Assembly: GCA_035084275.1 (NCBI GenBank)
Contig: CM068752.1
Location: 992,001-1,056,000, forward strand
DNA from: Hydrolagus colliei
Taxonomy: Eukaryota
Direction: 5' to 3'
DNA: 64,000 nucleotides
Under the pieces are notes generated by a model. It worked only from the letters and a program-made list of their open reading frames with translations. It made no database searches and had not been told where the DNA came from. A program made the translations under genes and the position numbers. Shown piece by piece: positions 1 to 11,770 of this stretch; within the stretch, counting starts at the first letter, position 1, and each line of letters begins with the position of its first letter.

Positions 1-598
1 AGCATAATGTTTGTCACTTGGGAGCTAGGCAAATTGGAGCAGACATGTCTAACTTTTATCGCGCTCATTTCAGGAGGAAGCGAAGGGATTAGAATTTGAT
101 TCGCTGCCACGTAGACTTTAGATATTTATATATATATATATCTCTCTCTCTCTCAAGTCTACGTCTCTCCTTCCCCTAATGAGATCTCTGGGTGAATGAA
201 GTGCGTCACCCAGTGTGGGTGTTAGCCAATGAAAGTCCTTCGCCAAACAGGGTTGCGAGGTTGAGAATGAGTCAGGAGTAAAACTTCCGATCACAACGTA
301 AGAACGTAACAAAACGCTAGACCAAAAATACACCAGGGTCCACATCTAGTTCGCCTTCCACTGACCTGGCAGTCGCTTGCACATATGTCCCAAACTACCT
401 ACACACTCGATTCCCAAAATCGTTAGTTCCTAAAAGAAATCTAACTAATCTACGTTTGAAGGAATCAACATTTCCTGTTTCAACCTTCATCCCTCGCGAG
501 CCAGTTCCGCAGGTTTACTATGCGCTCACTGAAATACAACCACAACAAAATTATATTCATGGAGCGCCTTTCACGTCGGGAGGACGTCCCATAGTTTT

Positions 599-910
599 AA
601 TAATAATAATAATAACCCTTGCATTTGATATAGATAGGGCTTTTCACGTCTTCAAGACAGTGTCTCAAAGCGCTTCACAGAATATACCGTAAAAGTGAAT
701 TGACTGTATATTCCTGGACGAAAGGCGGCAGCCGATTGCGCACAGCTGCGTCCCCCACAAACAGTCGTGGGTTGAAGTGACCAATTTATTATTGTCTTTT
801 TGGAGGGATTATTATTGTGTGTGTGTGTGTGTGTGTGTGTGTGGAGTCAGGAAACTTGCGCAAGGTTTCGACCTGACCTGCCTGGATTCGAACACAGGTC
901 TCACGCTTTA
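599..910 (-). mobile_element. tRNA-derived SINE (main family), head partly truncated
   Basis: Reverse complement of the family consensus: (TAA)n-CCTTGCATTTGATATAG tail, GCAGCCGATTGCGCACAGC body, (TG)n, GGAAACTTGC, GGATTCGAAC (box B). Confidence 0.9.
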
Positions 911-2439
911 AAAGTAAGTCCAGCAGTTGTATTTAGACTTTGGTTAGCTCATGATATTTCACGTGATAATCGTGGTTTCCGTAAGTTCGTTCCGATTTGT
1001 CCTCCTTCAAGCACAGGCTGTGACCTCTGGTTTGTCTATTCTGGACTGGTTAAAAAACAAACACAGGCTGCCATGATCTACAAGCATCATCGAGACATCG
1101 CAAAGCACTTCCTTGGATTTACTTAAGAAGGTAACAACTGTATTGAAAGGTCATTATGCTCCACAGTAAATCCTCGGAAGTGCTTCCAAATGTCGATGTG
1201 GGTGTCGAGGAGGGATGAATCTTCAAGTGGAATGTCCTCTCACATATCTCACATATAGCGCCTCTCACATCGCCTCCCGATGTGAGAGGCGCTATATAAA
1301 TGAAATTTTGTTTTGTTGTTGTTGGGGATAAAAATTCTCCCAATTTCCCGTCTTGTTTTGTGGCTGTTTCATTTTATTTTGAAGTCCAGCAGTTGTACGA
1401 TATTTAAACTTTCCTTAGGTACCTGCCGTGAACAGTTTGGATTTCGCCTACACAAATATACAGTCAATTCACTTTACAGTGTAGTTCTGTGAAGCCATGT
1501 TATGAAAAAGGACGTGATAAATTCATATATTCACAAAAGGGTCTGGAATTCAAACGTAATACTGTACGTTGATTAGCGATGTCTCTCTGCGTGTCGTTCC
1601 CAAAGGAAAAATAACGATTTATTCAAAAAGATGACCCCCCCCCCCCCCCCCCCCCCCCGCCCGTTACATACTCACACGACAGACATTAGTGGCTTCAAAT
1701 CAGCACTTTGGAGAGCATTATTTCAACAAACTGTCAGTGTTGAGAATTAAAAGATGGAGGATTTGACAGAGAGTTAAACAAAATTAACAGGGGATTCAGA
1801 TTTGTCAAATTTGGGAGGAGCGGAGAACGCGAAGAGGTGATATGGATCGAGTGCCATAATAATAATCTAATATAATATTAATAATATCACAATAAGATAA
1901 TAATAATGATGCATTTGATATAGCACACCTTCCAAACGTCTTAAAGCGCTTCACAGAGTTTTTCTGTAAACTGCAGTCACCGTGTGTTTTGCGGGCGACA
2001 ACGGGAGGGAGGGAGGGAGGGAGGGAGGGAGGGAGGGAGGGACAGAGGGAGTTGAGAGGAAGAGAGAGAGTGGGAGGGAGCTATGAAGCGGGACAAACAA
2101 ACGGCACGCACTCTCTAAACAACAACAACGACGACGACGACGACGACGACGACAACAGCAACAAAATGCCATTTACAGAGCGTCTCTCACGTCGGGAGGG
2201 GTAAGCGGAGATCTGCTTTTGCGTGCGAGGGATTTGGAGGTTGATCCACTGTGAAATAGCAGCAAATTTGCCTGATAATAATTAGAATTTTTTAATTGGT
2301 TCTTATTTATGAGTAACCCCGCAGAGACAGGCGTCTGAAACAATGGAACTCACCGCCGTTGATGCAAGTTTCTTTTAATTACACTGTTAGTTTAATTACA
2401 TTGTACATTGTAAACTCACATTTAAAGCCCCCCCCCCCA

Positions 2440-2778
2440 CAACCTCGCCCCTACGCTACATCCGTGACCAACTATCAACCTGCCCGTCCCCTCCCTCCCT
2501 CCCTCCGCTCAGCAGACTCTGGCCTGCTCCACGTCCCCCCCCCCACCCCACCATCGGCGGGCGAGCCTTCAGCTACTCTGCCCCCCAACCGCTGTCCCTC
2601 CGCCTCGCTCGCCCCCCCTCCCTCCCTGGCCTCCTTCAAGTCTCGGCTCAAGACTCTCCTCTTCGATAGACCCATCGGCAACTCCTAATCCACCCCCCCC
2701 CTTCCCTCCCTCCCTCCCCCCACTGTCCTCGGCTCGGGTCTGAAGCAATGTCTGTCCAGCTCCTTGGGACGTGAAAGG
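2440..2778 (+). mobile_element. L2-clade LINE 3' fragment (ORF2 C-terminus + 3' UTR)
   Basis: Translates to YQPARPL..LRSADSGLLHVP...SLASFKSRLKTLLFDR, typical of the L2 ORF2 end. A C-rich UTR and partial tail follow. Confidence 0.85.
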
Positions 2779-3168
2779 CTCTGCTCAGCGTCCACCAACC
2801 ACCCTAACCGTCCAACCATCGCCGGGCTCTCAGCCTCTCTGCCCCCACACTGCGGGAACTCCATCCCGCAGCCCCCTCCCCCTCGCTTCCTCCCTTTCCT
2901 CCTTCAAGGCCGGTCTCAAAACCTTCCTCTTCGACCGCGCCTTCGGCTGCCCCACTAACTCTTCCCCCCCCCCAATCACTCTCCTTCCCCTTCCCCCCAC
3001 ACCTTCCCCCCACCCCACCCCCCCTCTCCCCCCACCCCCCCCTCTCCCCCCACCCCCCCCTCTCCCCCCCACCCCGCTCGGATCCCGACCTGACCGTTTA
3101 GCGCTTTGAGACGTCCTCCCGATGTGACAGGCGCTGTGTAAGCGCAATTTTGTTGTTGTTGTTGTTGT
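2779..3168 (+). mobile_element. L2-clade LINE 3' fragment, second tandem copy, with intact tail
   Basis: SSLSSFKAGLKTFLFDRAFG motif, C-rich UTR, stem-loop AGCGCTTTGAGACGTCCTCCCGATGTGACAGGCGCT (3100-3135) and (TTG)n terminus. Confidence 0.85.
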
Positions 3169-3715
3169 AAATAACTTTCATTTTCAATCAATCAAAGCAT
3201 TTATACAGCGCCTTTCACGTTGAAAGGATTTTGATTTTGCTGTTGTTGTTGTAACTACCCTACAAAGAGCTGCAATGCAAAACTCTCTCGACAATACAAT
3301 GTGATGGAACCCTAAAGACAACATTTTGGGACCAGATGATCCGGCCTGAATGATTCAGTAACAAACCTCGTCAACAATCGTCAGTTGCCTGTGGAATATT
3401 TGTTGTGTTGTTGTTTGCTCTACCCGACCAACTCAGCCACGACAAGATCAATATCAGCAGCTTATTATATTTATGTAGTGCAGCTCAAGGCGTAGAGTGT
3501 GTCATAGCAACTGTTACGAGGTTGGATTAAGATGATATTTTGCTCCATTTGATCTCATTCCTACAGAATACCCACTCTACTGCGCCGGCTCTCTCTTAAA
3601 TAATAATAAAAATAATCCTGATGTTTGATATAATGCCTTTCCTATCGGTAGGATGTCTCAAAGCGCTTCACAGGATATTGTATACAGTAGAGTGACTGTG
3701 TATTAGACGTTAGAT

Positions 3716-3850
3716 GCGGAGTCCTGTAGCTCAGTGGTTAGAGCACTTGCCTTACCAGCGTGAGACCTGGGTTCGAATCCAGGCAGACCAGGGCAAAACC
3801 ATGGGAAAGTTTCCTTACTCCAAACACACGCCTAATAACAATCCCCAATC
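3716..3850 (+). mobile_element. SINE 5' half (tRNA-like head)
   Basis: Box A TAGCTCAGTGG and box B GGTTCGAATCC, followed by GTTTCCTTACTCC. Confidence 0.85.
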
Positions 3851-3869
3851 ACCAATATTATTGTTTCTG

Positions 3870-4000
3870 TTTGAGGGACTATTATCAGACCCGTGTGTGG
3901 AGTAAGAAAACTTGCCCAGGGTTTTGCCCTGGCTGGAATCGAACCCAGGTCGCTCGCTCGCGAGCCGAGTGCTCTAACAGCTGAGCTACAGGATTCCACA
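3870..4000 (-). mobile_element. SINE 5' half, inverted relative to 3716-3850
   Basis: GGAGTAAGAAAACTTGCCCAGG...GGAATCGAACCC...CTGAGCTACAGGA is the reverse complement of the head. Confidence 0.85.
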
Positions 4001-5667
4001 AAGACGCTCTATTAAATGCAAGGATTATTCATTCTTCTTATTAAATTGCCCAACCTGATTTTGTCAGGGTTTACCCATAAGTAACGTTCACTTGTGCAGA
4101 AATACCTCCCTTGACAGTGGACTCCAGCGCCAGGAAAAAAAATAATTTAAAATGCCTTCAGCGGAAAACGAGAGGGAGAAAATCGACGGAAACAAGACTG
4201 AGGGACATCTGTTTTGAGGGCTGGGGGGGGGGGGTGGGGGGGGGGGGGTGGGGGCACGACAATTTAAAAAAAAAAAAAACGATCATGGCTGCAAACTCAC
4301 TCAAAGACATTCAAAAAGACAGTCAATTCACTTGACGGACTATTCTGTGAAGCGCTTTGAAGATGTGGAAAGCGCTATATCAAATGCAAGGATGATTTAT
4401 TATTATTGTTATTATAGAATGTATGGAGTTTTGTTCACTGTTTTTATCTTAGACCTTCGCAGAGAACTATCTGTGAGTCTACTCACGCACTTGGGAGTTA
4501 TTAAATTAGCCTGTCGCATGCAAAGTCTGCTGCTAGATTCGAGATTAAACTTACAAGAGATTTGCATCAGCCATTTATGTCACAGGCCTGATATACATCT
4601 CGCGCGACAGGCAAAAACAATCACAAGAGAGATAAAAAAAAAAAAAAAGACTGGAAGTGGTACTCAAAAATAAATTGATTTGCTGTAACTACAGCTCATC
4701 ACGTTGACCTGATTGCCACAAGTGGTATGTTTCATAATCAGTGTGAATTTGCAGGTAAAACAGCAGCTGGCTTTAAGATACAGAGAAACAATAATAATAA
4801 ATAAACGCCAGGGAAAGCGCCTGAACATTCAAGGCAAATACCCTTAAGTGATGGCGGACGGTATCCCAGGATGATCTATTTGTGATATCGGATTCTCTGG
4901 GAGGAATCGGCTGCTGCGTTTCGCCCACAAAACATACAATCAATTTATTTTACTGTGTATCATGCGAAGTGCAATTGGCTGCTGTGTTTCACCAAATAAT
5001 ATACAGTCAATTCACCTTACAGCACACTCTGGGAAGCGCCAACTTTGAGACGTCCTGAAGACGTGAAAAGCGCTGGATCAACTGCAAGGGGTATTAGTAT
5101 TACTCGAAACATATCTCACAATAGCCAGAGGTCTGTATATACAGATCAGCCAGAGTAATAGCAATACAAAGAGGATCCACTTCATTCATCTCATCTGGAA
5201 CAACTATTTGCTTGACTGTTCGACAGCTGAAATGGACTTCAATGGAGAAAGAAAGGTTCTTAGGAACTGAACTAATTAAAAAGCAAATTAATTGTCCACC
5301 CACCCCCCACACCCGCCTCCGCCCCCCACCCCCCCACTCTATATTCATTAATTAGCAGGGAATTATCTCAGTCTGAGTACGTACAATTTCTGAACCCTTG
5401 AACTAATGTTCCTTTTTCAAGTTCTGTAATTTTTCGATGAGCGCTCACATTTTGTATAAACGAGGATGTGCCATTCCCGGCAGTTAATGTGATTGTATAA
5501 ACAGAATAATAACAATCATTGCATTTGACACGACGCCTTCAATCACGTCTTCGTCCCCACACAAAATAAACAGCCAATTCAATTGACAGTATATTGTGTG
5601 AATGGCTTTAAGGCATCTCGACGACGTGATAAGGCGCCACGCCAAATGCAAGGATTATTATTGGATA

Positions 5668-5680
5668 AAGTTTCCTTATT

Positions 5681-5716
<36 letters not shown>

Positions 5717-5950
5717 GCGCGCCTAATAATAATCCCTCCCCCCCAAAAAATCCCCACAATAATAAAAATTGGTCATTTTCAATCCCTGACTGTTTGTGGG
5801 GGACGCTGCTGTGCGCAATTGGCTGCCGTGTTTCGCCCACAAATGTACAGTCAATTCACTTTAAAGTACATTCTATGAAGCGCTTTGAGACGTCGATAAG
5901 ATGTGAAAAGCGCTAAATCAGATTACAAGGATTATTATTAGTAGTAGTAG
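5668..5950 (+). mobile_element. SINE (main family) lacking tRNA head
   Basis: Starts at AAGTTTCCTTATTCC, then (CA)n, body and the GCGCTTTGAGACGTC...CAAGGATTATTA tail. Confidence 0.9.
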
Positions 5951-6849
5951 TATAGGTCAATGGGACTGGTTTGAATTTTTCTCAGAGTAAGTGAAGAATG
6001 TGAATTGCGAACATGAATATGATCAGCAGGTTTTAATCAATGAAAACCCATTTCCGCAGACGGCAATTTGAATAAGTATCACTCTTGCCCTCGGCAGCCT
6101 GTGGAACCATATGTTTGTGCAATTTGGACATTTGTTTATTCTTCCCACCGGTTCCCAGGAGAAACAAAAATTAAGATATCCCCTAAAATGGTACAAGGAG
6201 AGTGTTTCGCGCAGTTTTGTATCTTGATCTCAGCGTCTGAAAATCAAGAGCTCTATAATCATCATTCATTTATGTCTCTGTCAGGCTCACTTTGTCTCAA
6301 ATTATCTTTTTTTTTCAAAAAACACCCCAAAAATCCATTAAAACGAGACCGATTGGAATGATTATCCACCGGCTAGGGAGAACGCCAGTGGGAGCTTTGT
6401 TCAGGTAGAACGTATCGTATTATTGATAATAAGGTATTTGATGACAGGAGAGGACTGCTTGGAAAGTGGGGGTGTTGAGGCCTGGGACACTGGATTGATG
6501 TAATAGACTGTCTGGTGGCTTGTGATGGGGGAGGGAGGACAATAGGGTGGAATTTCTGGAGGGATGAGATCAGATAGATAGATCAGATAGGTCAGATAGA
6601 TCCGATAGATCTGACAGACAGACACAGGCAGGCAGGCAGGCAGGAAGGGAGGGACCAAAGGGGCTTTATCATCAACAAAATAATCTTGTGATTTTGTGTA
6701 CAGTTTCCAACTCCCGACTTTCCCTATTCCCTTGCCTCTCGGGTTTAATTCCCCAGCGTTTGGGATGGTCCTCCTGACGTGAAAGGTGGTGTACGAACAT
6801 AATAGGAATTTGACAGCTATCTTGCAGCCTTTGAATCTGCTCCAGACCT

Positions 6850-7165
6850 GAGTCCTGAAGCTCAGTGGTTAGAGCACTAGCCTTGCAAGCGAGAGATCTG
6901 GGTTCAATTCCAAGCCCGGGCCAAAACCTGGGCGAATTTCCTTACTCCACACACACACGCCTGATAATAATCCCACCCAAAACAAATTGGTCATTTCAAT
7001 TCATGACTGTTTGTGCGTTACGCTACTGTGCGCAATCCATTACCACATTTTGCCCACAAAATATGAGTTAATTCACTTTACAGTATATTACGTGAAGCGC
7101 TTTGAGACGGCTAAAAGACGTGAAAAACGTTATATCAAATGCAAGGATTATTATTATTGTTATTA
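6850..7165 (+). mobile_element. SINE (main family), full length, older-type head
   Basis: GAGTCCTGAAGCTCAGTGGTTAGAGC...GGGTTCAATTCC head through the (TTA)n tail. Confidence 0.9.
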
Positions 7166-8534
7166 ATAATGTTATTTTTATTATTATTAGTAGTGTAGTG
7201 TTCAGCCTTGTTTCACAGGCACAGCTTTCCTCTCAGGATCAGTCAATCTTCCAACTCCCATTTTGCTAAGACCAAAAGGATTTCAGTTTGTGACTCGGAA
7301 ATCCAACAAGCCAGACTATCTTACATGTGCATCAATTCTGTGCTTCAGGGTATCAGGATAACACCTTTGCAACTTAGACAACACAAGGCTATATCACTCA
7401 ACAACTACCCCTTGCGATGATGAATAGTTTTTTTTGTGTAACAAAAGTGCCAAGCACAGCAAAATAAACTATTTTTCCAGCAGATTCAACGTAAATGGTG
7501 CAACTTGCTGGTATCCACTAAATACAGAAACAATTCACAAAATAACTCCAAAGCTGACTCAAAGCCTCTGTTACTTTCCCTGTCTCTCGCTGTTGTCAAT
7601 AAGTGTTATCCATATGCAATCGCAAACTATACAGGAATTCACTTTACAGTACATTCTGTGAAATGCTTTGAGAAATCTCGAAGGCATGATAAGGCATGGC
7701 ATCCGATGCAAGGATTATTATCCTTGGGTGAGGGTAAACATTGTGACTTTTAATGTATCCTCGATGTTTTGTAAGATGCCACATAGTGCGAGTTTCATTG
7801 ATGCTCTGACCCTACGGCAGATCTTGAGGGCTGATTGATATTCCCTAAAAAAACCCCCAATGATGAATCGATTGCTTCAACCTGCGACTGTTTGTGGAAC
7901 GCTAACGTGGAGTGAATTGACTGTATGTTTTGCGGAATGTGCAGTCAGTTGCGCACAGCAGTGTCCCACAAACAGGAATTGAGTGAGCAAATTATTTTCT
8001 ATTTATTTCGTTTGGAACTATTACCGGTAAAATAAATGCCATTAATTAATATTAAGCAGCTTAACGTATCTAGTTAAGCCGCTTAGAACAATCAATGAAA
8101 TTTTTTTTTGTGTGTTAGCTAATGATAATTAGGTGGGGGTGTGGTGGGGGGGGGCAACTTCTCCTGAGAGAAAGTGAAAAAAGCAACTCAGTTGGGAAGT
8201 AACCAGGTGTAATTACTACACTGTTCAAGTCCGTCCCCCCAGAGAGAATAATTCTGTTCTGAATATGTCAAATCCAACTGGAGCTTCAAAGAACTTTTCA
8301 TTTCTTGAATTTAGATAAAGGAGAAGTGATTTCGGTATTAAGGATTACTCCCTCCCACCCAACTAACCCAACTGGGAAATTCCTTGTTAAAGGTTGCTTC
8401 AAATGCAAATTTCCATTGATTTCCAATGCATTTCAATTCAAGCATATTACCATGTGAGCATTATTTGGCTGAGAGAAGACTTAGTTTTGATCTCAAGTGG
8501 TCCCAATTAACAGGCTTATATTTCCTGCGGTTAT

Positions 8535-8700
8535 AATAAGTAATCATCCTCGCATTTGATATAGCGCTTATAGACGTCTCAAAGCATTTCATAGAATATG
8601 CCGTTAAGTGAATTGACTGTATATTTTGTGGGCGAATCAATCAGCCAATTGATCGCAGCAGTGATCCCACAAACAGTTGTGGATTTGAAGTGACCAACTT
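8535..8700 (-). mobile_element. SINE 3' fragment
   Basis: Reverse complement of tail and body. Confidence 0.8.
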
Positions 8701-8729
8701 TTGTTTTTCTTTAATTCAATTTGATTTAG

Positions 8730-8900
8730 CTGCTGGACGTTAACAATCCCACGAAACAGTTTGAAAAGAAAAGGGAGTTTCTTCGCAGGACATTTGTCAA
8801 CCGTCCCCCGGCAGATGATTTGGCCATTTGAGGAAAATCAATGCCACTTTCGTGAATAAAATATTACACTACACTTGACAGCAATTACTACCAAACCCTT
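8730..8900 (+). mobile_element. Old DeuSINE-like relic
   Basis: TGGACGTTAACAATCCCACG...TTTGAAAAGAAAAGGGAGTTTC resembles the Deu domain as I recall it (GGACGTAAAAGATCCCATGGCACTATTTCGAAGAAGAGCAGGGGAGTTCTC). Confidence 0.55.
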
Positions 8901-9554
8901 CAAGATATTTTGACGCAAAAAGAATCTATAAAGCATAAGATTCTTTCCTGCTGTTTACAGCCCACTTTAGAAACACATTAACCAGCTTTGTACTTTTCAT
9001 TTTTATGATTTAGGTGTAGTTTCACGTAAATAAACACATATTATTTATTAAAACCAAGTATGGACAGACATAGATCCCCCCCATCGCATATCTTTCCGTG
9101 CCTTGGCTACTGGCCAGTCACACCAGACGGTGATAGAAGGAGACGTAAATTTTTAGGTTAACTACTTTGATCCAACCCTTCTGTGCAATAACAGAATGAT
9201 AAAACCCATGACCTCGGAAGATGTGCTTCAACAGAATGGGGCAGCTGCAGAGGAAAACATCCAACTGAGATAATGACATGCAAATAGGACATCAGGCAGA
9301 TGCCTCTGTCCTCTGATAGACACACGGGATGTCGCCCGGAGCCCGGAATAAAGACCAATGCACCACAGGAAGTCTGTTGGAAGGACGACAAATATCAGGA
9401 CGACACCTCATTCACACCATCAGAGAGTTAACGTAGAGTCATTCTCCAGTAATGTTAGCCTAATGTTGAGGTAATGGAAGGTTTGAAGAAGAACGGTATT
9501 CAAATCATTGCGAGGTTTACTTGAAGTGATGCTGTCTGTCACCACCCACGAAAA

Positions 9555-9750
9555 TAATAATAATAATAGTAATAACTGGGTCACTCAATCCACAACTGTT
9601 TGTGGGGGACGCTGCTGAGTGCAATCGGCCACCGCGTTTCGCCCAGATATTTACAGTGGATTCACTTTGCGGTGTATTCTGTGAAGCGCTTTGAGACGTC
9701 TAGAAGACGTGAAAGGCGCTCCAAAAATGTAATTTTGCTGTTCTTGTCGT
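9555..9750 (+). mobile_element. SINE 3' half with L2-type terminus
   Basis: SINE body and TAGAA stem-loop followed by CCAAAAATGTAATTTTGCTGTT instead of AAATGCAAGGATTA. Confidence 0.8.
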
Positions 9751-10185
9751 GATAAGCTCCGTCAATTCCTTTGGCTGACTTAAACACATCAATCGGATCA
9801 ACCATCAAACTTCACTTTTCAACGGAATACAACCTCAGGTTGCTCATTTTGTCCAAGTAGCTGCGTTCCTTCAATCCAAGAAGCAATCCAGTGAATCCAC
9901 GCAGTAAAATGTTACATTCTGAAAGTTGCACTTTGGCTCTCCAAATAATGCTGATCAGAATACTCCTTGAGTTTGACCTGGGAACTCTATATTCTGTAGC
10001 AACTCTTACAGAATATACTATAAAATGAGCTCGCCTACATTTTGTGGGCGAAACACTAGTCCAAGTGTCCCATAAACAGTCATGGATTGAGTGGCCAAGT
10101 TAATATTTGAAACCCTTTGAGACATCTCAAAGACGTGATAAGACGCTACATCAATTGCAAGGATTATTCTTATTCTTATTATAAT

Positions 10186-10467
10186 AGTGCATTGTTATTG
10201 AGTTTTTAACATGCCCTAGAAAGCAGAGCAGTGTCCCACACACAATCATGGATTGAAATTACCAATTTTTTTGGTGGGGGGGGGAAAGGAATTATTACCC
10301 CTGGAAAAGCGATCTGCCAATCGACTAATAAGCAGCTTCCTACTTACTGCTGGGTAAACAGTGGCGTGTGTGGAGTAAGGAAACTTGCCCAATGTTTTGC
10401 CCTCGGAATTGAACCCAGATTCTCTCGCTTGCGAGGCGAGTGCTCTAACCGTTAAGCTACACAACTC
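10186..10467 (-). mobile_element. Variant tRNA-derived SINE (second family), full length
   Basis: Head related to the main SINE, plus an extra core (CTGTTTACCCAGCAGT...TTAGTCGATTGGCAGATCGC) and a different tail (GCTTTCTAGGGCATGTTAAAAACTCAATAACAATGCACT). A second copy lies at 16351-16519. Confidence 0.8.
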
Positions 10468-11584
10468 AACTAAGCTAACCGAATAACTGCAGCTGTATAA
10501 CCCATTCAGATGTCTTTTTTTGGAACCTTACCGATGAAGATTAAGACTTTCTCGCGAAAATATTATTGCCGTGTTTTGACGTCTGGGTAGTTCAGGGAGT
10601 TCCGGCAGCAATGTGAAATGGGTAAAAATCTGGTGAGGGGTTGCTGAAATCTAACAGCCATCAATCATTTACAAACTGTCGGTGTGATGCCCTTCACTAC
10701 AACTCCCAATGGAATTTCAAGCCGCGAAAAAACGTCATGAAGAATACCCACAACCCATGATATATCAATCGCTCAGCTGGCGTCTTAAAAATAAATCTGC
10801 GTATAATTATTATTAGAATCGCAGTGTTGCAGAGAGAGCCCTGTTATTTGTGTCTCAGTCGAAAGTAGCTACTGAGGAAGTCTAGCTGTAAATAAATGAT
10901 TAGCCCAGTGCTCCTGGTGATATTCAGTTTTTTTTATTATCAAGTAGAGATTTACACGAGGGACATGAGGCTTTTGTGTTAATATCGGCAACCTTCAGCC
11001 TGTGCCTCTAGCTGTGTGTGTATGTATGTATATGTGTGTGTGTGTGTGTGTGTGGTAGGACCTGAGATAGAGAGAGTGAGCACTAACGCATGTGTGTGCA
11101 TGCACAAATCCCTCGCTTCCAAAAATCCATCTTGACTCCGCTCCAAGACATGATCGGAATACAACGTCACGGGAAAATAACAACGTGTTCAACCCTCGAC
11201 GCTTCAAACTATCGAATCCGTCAAAAAATGTCTTGTTCCGCGTCGATAAAGAATACTCGTAAAACAGCCAGCGAAACATTATCAGGGGGAGTGGTCCTCT
11301 TTAGATAAACTCGACATTTAAATCTTCAAACCATTAACAATAATGAACCCACATCCCATGTCCCTTTATCTATTTACAGGTACGTTAATCTTTTACAGAG
11401 ATTTGAATCTATTCCAGCTGTGGCTGATTATAACCTCTAGATAGACGATGTCTCTGTGAAGTTACACGCAGGTGCAGACCTAATGAGTCACAGAGCACGA
11501 GTTAGATTTGCGAAACGGCGAATAATCTCACCGACATGGCATTAGCCCTGGGCAACAGTACAGTCTACACTTCTCCGTCCTCAC

Positions 11585-11770
11585 AAAAACACAATAATTA
11601 AATTTGGTAATGTCAATTGTTTGTGGGGGACGCTGCTGTGCGCAATCGGCTGCCGTGTTTCGCCCACAAATATACAGTCAATTCACTCTACAGTATATTC
11701 TGCAAAGCGCTTTGAGACGTCTAGAAGAAGCGCTATATCAAAACTGCAAGGAAAATGCACGGATTATTGT
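11585..11770 (+). mobile_element. SINE 3' half
   Basis: Body and tail match the family consensus. Confidence 0.85.
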
